From assembly GCF_018420025.1 (NCBI RefSeq), contig NZ_JAEDAM010000015.1:1-19703 (forward strand): a stretch of 19,703 nucleotides of DNA. The letters run 5' to 3'. The DNA comes from Candidatus Vampirococcus lugosii (GTDB lineage Bacteria; Patescibacteriota; Gracilibacteria; Absconditabacterales; Absconditicoccaceae). Each line of letters opens with the position of its first letter. The first letter of the stretch is position 1. The translations under genes were made by a program, and so were the position numbers. Positions 18,465 to 19,703 of this stretch are shown piece after piece. The notes beneath the pieces are model-generated. The model was not told the origin of the DNA. It saw only the letters and a list, made by a program, of their open reading frames with translations, and searched no databases.

Positions 18465-19703
18465 TTAAACTTTAACTCTTACTTTGCCCGTCAATAAGTC
18501 CTTCATAAGTCATTTTTTAATATTTTCAAGTTTTTGTTTATATGCTTGTTCTTTTTCTATTTTTTCATCTGCACTTGATAATATTTCTGCTATTTTTTGT
18601 TGTTCTTGAAGAGATTGAGGAATTTGCAATTTTAAGTGTTTTAATTTTTTAATAGTAAATGCTTTTTGACTAGTTCATATTATTAAATCATCTTGTTGCT
18701 TGTAAATTGCTTCTTTTAAAAAATGTTTTAAAAAATATTTATTAATATCTTGTCTATATTTTCTTAACCAAATAATATTTCAATCTTTAAAGTAAAATTT
18801 ATCTGTTCATTTTACTAAATAAACATTTCACAGTGTTCATACTGCAGTAATTAAAATATCTCATTCTAAAGGTACTCAAAAATTATTTTTTATATTATTA
18901 AATTTATCTGTAGAAATATATAATAAATTATTGATTTCTACATTATTTATTTTTTTAGTTATTTCTTTTCATCTATAAAAAGGTATTCAATTTTTTTTAT
19001 ATTCATTAAAAAATATTCTCTTGCTTGATGTAAGCTCTCAAACTTCTCCCAATTTCTTCACCTCCCAACTCTCTGGAATTTTCCCCAACTCACTATCTTT
19101 AAATTTTGTATGAGGTTTTCAAGTATTTATATCAATTCATTTTGTAAATAAATCTTCCATCAATCAAGTTTTGATTTTTTTGTATTTTTCTATCAAATCA
19201 TCAGTTTTTTGTATAGCTTCATCTACTGTTGAAAGTATTTTTGCTATTTTTTGTTGTTCTTGAAATGATTGAGGAAAAGTAATAAAAATATTTTTTAAAT
19301 CTCAGTTATTTATAGCTTCTTGAGTACTTCATTCAGCATATAAATCTTTTTGTTTATTAAAATCATCTGACAATATAAATTGATAAAGATAATCAGAATT
19401 TATTGATGTATTTAATCATAAAAATCAAGTAGATAATATATATTTATTATATAGTTCATTATTAGCTTTTATTACTTTTAAAGTATATCTCATTTTAGCA
19501 AAATATATATTATCAATGATAGCTTGTATATTTGCTCTTGATGGTCTTTTATTAAATGTAATATATTTTTCAAAAGAAATTATTTTATTTCATTGAATTG
19601 ATGAAGTAGATAAATATTTTTTTTCTCAGTTAAAATTTATAATTCAGCTTCATTGAATTTTAAAAAAGTTTTCATCTACAAGATTTGTTGTTTTCCACCC
19701 TTC
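18465..19703 (-). CDS. hsdS: Type I restriction-modification specificity subunit HsdS; the 5' end (a few codons) is off the window
   Basis: The frame is open from 19703 to TAA 18467-18465 (413 codons). It starts at EGWKTTNLVDENFF (typical HsdS N-terminal LPEGWxxxxL). There are two target-recognition domains separated by the central conserved helix FPQSFQEQQKIAKILSTVDEAIQKTDDLIEKYKKIKTGLMEDLFTKG. The C-terminal conserved helix is IPQSLQEQQKIAEILSSADEKIEKEQAYKQKLENIKKGLMKDLLTGKVRV. A 22-nt exact DNA repeat, GCTATTTTTTGTTGTTCTTGAA, occurs at 18589-18610 and 19243-19264. Confidence 0.92.

Noticed and set aside
18315-18497. Plus-strand 60-aa ORF, and the possibility that the GC-rich spot marks a tRNA or small structured RNA
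   Set aside because: The ORF runs antisense across the hsdS 3' end and the palindrome. Apart from the 14-nt GC core the flanks are extremely AT-rich, with no T-arm/anticodon-arm-like or other secondary-structure signatures.

Overview
Very AT-rich bacterial DNA that can only be interpreted with UGA read as glycine (translation table 25, as in Gracilibacteria/Absconditabacteria-type CPR organisms). Under the standard code the supplied ORF track shows only fragments. With TAA/TAG as the sole stops the window resolves into 15 tightly packed genes. (1) 1-786(-): a 3'-truncated acidic LysM protein carrying a 23 x 9-bp in-frame ENP/ENS tandem repeat. (2) 930-3615(-): a four-gene type IV pilin operon, comprising a pilin with a KG|FTLIEL prepilin motif, two small pilin-like genes, and a distal (L/Y)TG-repeat gene interrupted by a frameshift next to a T9 run. 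(3) 3783-9023(+): an efflux pair, a lipoprotein membrane-fusion protein plus an 1100-aa RND permease. (4) 9024-9831: a gene-free, A-rich convergent spacer of about 0.8 kb with two hairpins. (5) 9832-18204(-): a complete F1Fo ATP synthase operon in canonical order a-c-b-delta-alpha-gamma-beta-epsilon. (6) 18465-19703(-): a 5'-truncated type I R-M specificity subunit (hsdS), followed by an 18-nt GC-rich perfect palindrome. The headline observation is the c-subunit gene (15058-17310). Instead of a ~75-codon atpE it is one uninterrupted 750-codon ORF encoding ten tandem c-subunit helical hairpins, all keeping the helix-2 carboxylate. An entire rotor ring therefore appears to be encoded as a single polypeptide. 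It is built from five two-hairpin (A-B) modules, and two of these form a 453-bp tandem duplication that is 452/453 identical. No rRNA, tRNA, CRISPR array or transposase was recognised.
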